From NCBI GenBank assembly GCA_964427735.1, contig CAYRUS010000002.1, positions 131,734 through 195,733 of the forward strand: 64,000 nucleotides of DNA, read 5' to 3'. How positions within the stretch are numbered: position 1 is the stretch's first letter; the number at the start of each line of letters is the position of its first letter. Made by a program: the position numbers and the translations under genes. Shown in pieces: positions 61,434 through 64,000 of this stretch. This DNA comes from an uncultured Gammaproteobacteria bacterium. GTDB taxonomy: Bacteria; Patescibacteriota; Microgenomatia; UBA8517. The notes below the pieces were generated by a model. The model made no database searches, was not told the DNA's origin, and saw only the letters and a program-made list of their open reading frames with translations.

Positions 61434-63503
61434 ATGGAAAAAACAATTAAAGCAATTCGCCTTACCATACTTTATTCACTTATCTTTCTATTGCCAATAA
61501 CAGTTCTTCCTATTTCAGCAAACCCATTTGTAGTTAGCAAAATTGCTTTATTGGTTTTTGGAATTGCAGCTTTACTTATTCTAAGAGCAATAGAAGTTAT
61601 CCATTCTGGTAAATTGAAGTTTTCGTTATCATCTTATGATTTGCCTGTAGCAATCATAATCCTGGCTTATATTTTAAGTTCTGTTTTCCAAACACAAAAT
61701 ATTATGGATGCTGTTTTGCTTCCTGGAACAGCTACAGCAGTAGTTGCTGGAGGAATTCTTTTCTTTTTGATTAATCAAGAAAGCAAAACTGACAAATACA
61801 GAATAAAAATGGCATTAGTGATCTCATCAGCTTTATATGCATTGCTAACTTTTTTTGGATTTGCAAAAGTTTTTGCACTTATTCCTCAGTTACCAACCTT
61901 TTTGCAAAACCCCAACTTCACTCCTGAAGGAGGATATTTACCATCACTGGTATTCCTAGTTGCTTTATTGCCTATTGCAGTAACTACTTTTATTAAAGAG
62001 AAAGATCTTGTTAACAAGTCATTTTTAGGAGTAAGCATTGCAATAATGGTACTTGGAGTTGGTTTATCTATTTATCAGATACTACCTGGGCGACCCACTA
62101 CTCCACAACTAAGTCCTTATCAAACCAGTTGGTCTGTTGCTGTTGAAGTATTAAAGAGAGAACCGATTTTAGGAATCGGACCAGGAGACTATCTTACAGC
62201 TTTTAGCCGTTTTCGACCAATTGAATACAATGCCACTGATTTTTGGGCAATACGATTTTCTAGCGCAAGAAGCTTTTTCCTAACTTTGCTTACTGAAACA
62301 GGATTATTGGGTCTTGCAGGACTAGCAATTCTTCTTGTTGTTGTTTACAGAAATGTTAAGCAGCTCATTAAATCTGAAAAAATATATACTGAAAATTATG
62401 GAAGCTGGATTTCATTAATAATACTAATAGTATTACTTGCTCTTTTCCCCGCAACTGTTTTGATTACAACATTGTTTTTTGTCTTGCTATCATTCTCTGC
62501 CAAAACAACCAGAACAGAACTAACACTCACAGCTAAATCTGCACATTCTTCAGCTGCATCCAGATTCCCTGCTGTAATGATTACTCTACCAATATTTCTT
62601 CTAGTATTAGCTGGATTATATTACTCGATTGTCATATTAACAGCTGAATACCGATTCGCTAGAGCATTGTCTTATCTCTCTCAAAATAAAGTCCAGCCAA
62701 CAGTAAATACTTTAGTAAGCGCAATTAACCTTAACCCAAGTGTTGACAGATATCGTGCTACTTATGCTCGTGTTAACCTAGCTTTAGCAGATTCATTGGC
62801 AAGAAAAGAAGAAATAACTGACCAAGACAGAGAAACCCTTGCACAACTAGTCCAATTATCAATTTCTGAAGCAAAGTCTGCAGTAGCCGCTAACCCACTA
62901 CGAGCTGGAAACTGGGAAGTTCTAGGAAGAACCTACCAAGCAATAATTCCTGTTGCACAAGGAGCGGATGTGTTTGCTGCACAATCTATTCAACAAGCCG
63001 TTGCTTTAGATCCTTTAAACCCTAATTTAAGAATCGCTCTAGGAGGACTCTTTTATCAAGCAGAAAATTATAAGGAGGCAATAAAAATATTCGAATTGGC
63101 TGTTCAGGTAAAACCAGATCTTGCTAATGCTCACTACAATTTAGCACATGCTTACAAGCAAGATGGTCAACTAGAAAATGCAGTGAGAGAAATGACAGTT
63201 GTGTTATCTTTAATTGACAGCAGTTCACAAGACTACCAAATTGCTAAACAAGCACTGGAAGAAATGGAAAAAACACTCGAATCACAGAGCGAAAGCACTG
63301 AAACACCAAGTACAGAAGGCGGTGAAGAGCTTTCTGCTCCACCAGAAGGTGAAGATCCACTGTTAGACCCACAGCTTGAACTACCTGAGGATGCTGCACC
63401 ACCTGAAGCACCAGAAACAGATATACAATCTGATGGCGATAATGGTGCATCACCGTCACCATCGCCAAGCCCTACACCATCACCCAGTGCAAGTCCCAGA
63501 TAA
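61434..63503 (+). CDS. O-antigen ligase/Wzy_C-like polytopic membrane protein with TPR repeats and acidic/Pro-rich tail
   Basis: About 12 TM; PILGIGPGDY, LLTETGLLG; TPR pattern AVALDP.NP..RIALGGLFY, ANAHYNLA. Confidence 0.85.
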   Translation: MEKTIKAIRLTILYSLIFLLPITVLPISANPFVVSKIALLVFGIAALLILRAIEVIHSGKLKFSLSSYDLPVAIIILAYILSSVFQTQNIMDAVLLPGTATAVVAGGILFFLINQESKTDKYRIKMALVISSALYALLTFFGFAKVFALIPQLPTFLQNPNFTPEGGYLPSLVFLVALLPIAVTTFIKEKDLVNKSFLGVSIAIMVLGVGLSIYQILPGRPTTPQLSPYQTSWSVAVEVLKREPILGIGPGDYLTAFSRFRPIEYNATDFWAIRFSSARSFFLTLLTETGLLGLAGLAILLVVVYRNVKQLIKSEKIYTENYGSWISLIILIVLLALFPATVLITTLFFVLLSFSAKTTRTELTLTAKSAHSSAASRFPAVMITLPIFLLVLAGLYYSIVILTAEYRFARALSYLSQNKVQPTVNTLVSAINLNPSVDRYRATYARVNLALADSLARKEEITDQDRETLAQLVQLSISEAKSAVAANPLRAGNWEVLGRTYQAIIPVAQGADVFAAQSIQQAVALDPLNPNLRIALGGLFYQAENYKEAIKIFELAVQVKPDLANAHYNLAHAYKQDGQLENAVREMTVVLSLIDSSSQDYQIAKQALEEMEKTLESQSESTETPSTEGGEELSAPPEGEDPLLDPQLELPEDAAPPEAPETDIQSDGDNGASPSPSPSPTPSPSASPR

Positions 63504-63623
63504 TGTATTTCAAAAGAGCACAAACTGGCTAACGTCTTTTGATATTTCTTAAAATAAATAATTAGCTAAGCTTTTTGAATAATTTAGTCTATTTCTTCTT
63601 AAGACTACTCAATATAGATTTAT

Positions 63624-64000
63624 TTACCAATCCTCAAGCTCTGCTTTAGAAGCAGCTAGAATGATTGTGGCCGAGTAGGAACCGGGAATTGTATTTTGAG
63701 GTACTTCTATAGCCCAATATGTACTTGATGCAGAAGGTGATAAATCTGACAATGTCTTGGGACAATTTAACTCTATTTCGGTAGAATTGGTAGTAAGCGG
63801 AGTAGCTAATGCAAAGGGTGTAGAACTACTCATTGTGTACCTTTGACTAGATACGGGTATAACGTCTCCTTCATTGCTTGTCAGGTTACTTCCATAAACA
63901 GCTGCATCCAGACCCGTATTACCTGTTGCTCTGATAATAACTTCATTGTCTGTAAACTGAGTTCTCTTTCCTTGTATCAAAGTTCCATAGTTTAAAAAGC
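63624..64000 (-). CDS. C-terminal part of a probable surface protein with a WxL-like terminus; truncated by the window edge
   Basis: Frame open to the window end; TYWAIEVPQNTIPGSYSATI. Confidence 0.6.
   Translation of the reverse strand, partial: FLNYGTLIQGKRTQFTDNEVIIRATGNTGLDAAVYGSNLTSNEGDVIPVSSQRYTMSSSTPFALATPLTTNSTEIELNCPKTLSDLSPSASSTYWAIEVPQNTIPGSYSATIILAASKAELEDW

Overview
AT-rich bacterial chromosome segment, standard genetic code. Gene content (split ComEC, mreB, PEGA and RDD proteins, many orphan ORFs, near-leaderless genes, giant surface proteins) fits a Patescibacteria/CPR organism, probably Microgenomates; this is inference. Housekeeping genes: mreB, rsmI, ndk, an M16 protease, argS, leuS, comEA/comEC, tRNA-Arg(CCT) and tRNA-Pro(CGG). 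The most striking locus is 34874-61295. It holds an F-type ATPase-like operon with no subunit a. Its c-like subunit lacks the ion-carrying carboxylate and is fused behind a secreted domain resembling a fibre chaperone, and a gpmI gene sits between c and b. Transcribed divergently from it are a 3985-aa membrane-anchored fibre protein (cytoplasmic MerR/BldC-type HTH, internal S74 chaperone) and a six-LamG surface protein. Also seen: an HTH fused to an M20 peptidase that has lost its metal ligands, a RAYT with dispersed REP palindromes, an in-frame hairpin insertion in leuS, and a phytase-CBM-lyase multidomain exoenzyme. All family calls are by-eye motif recognition; no database search was run.
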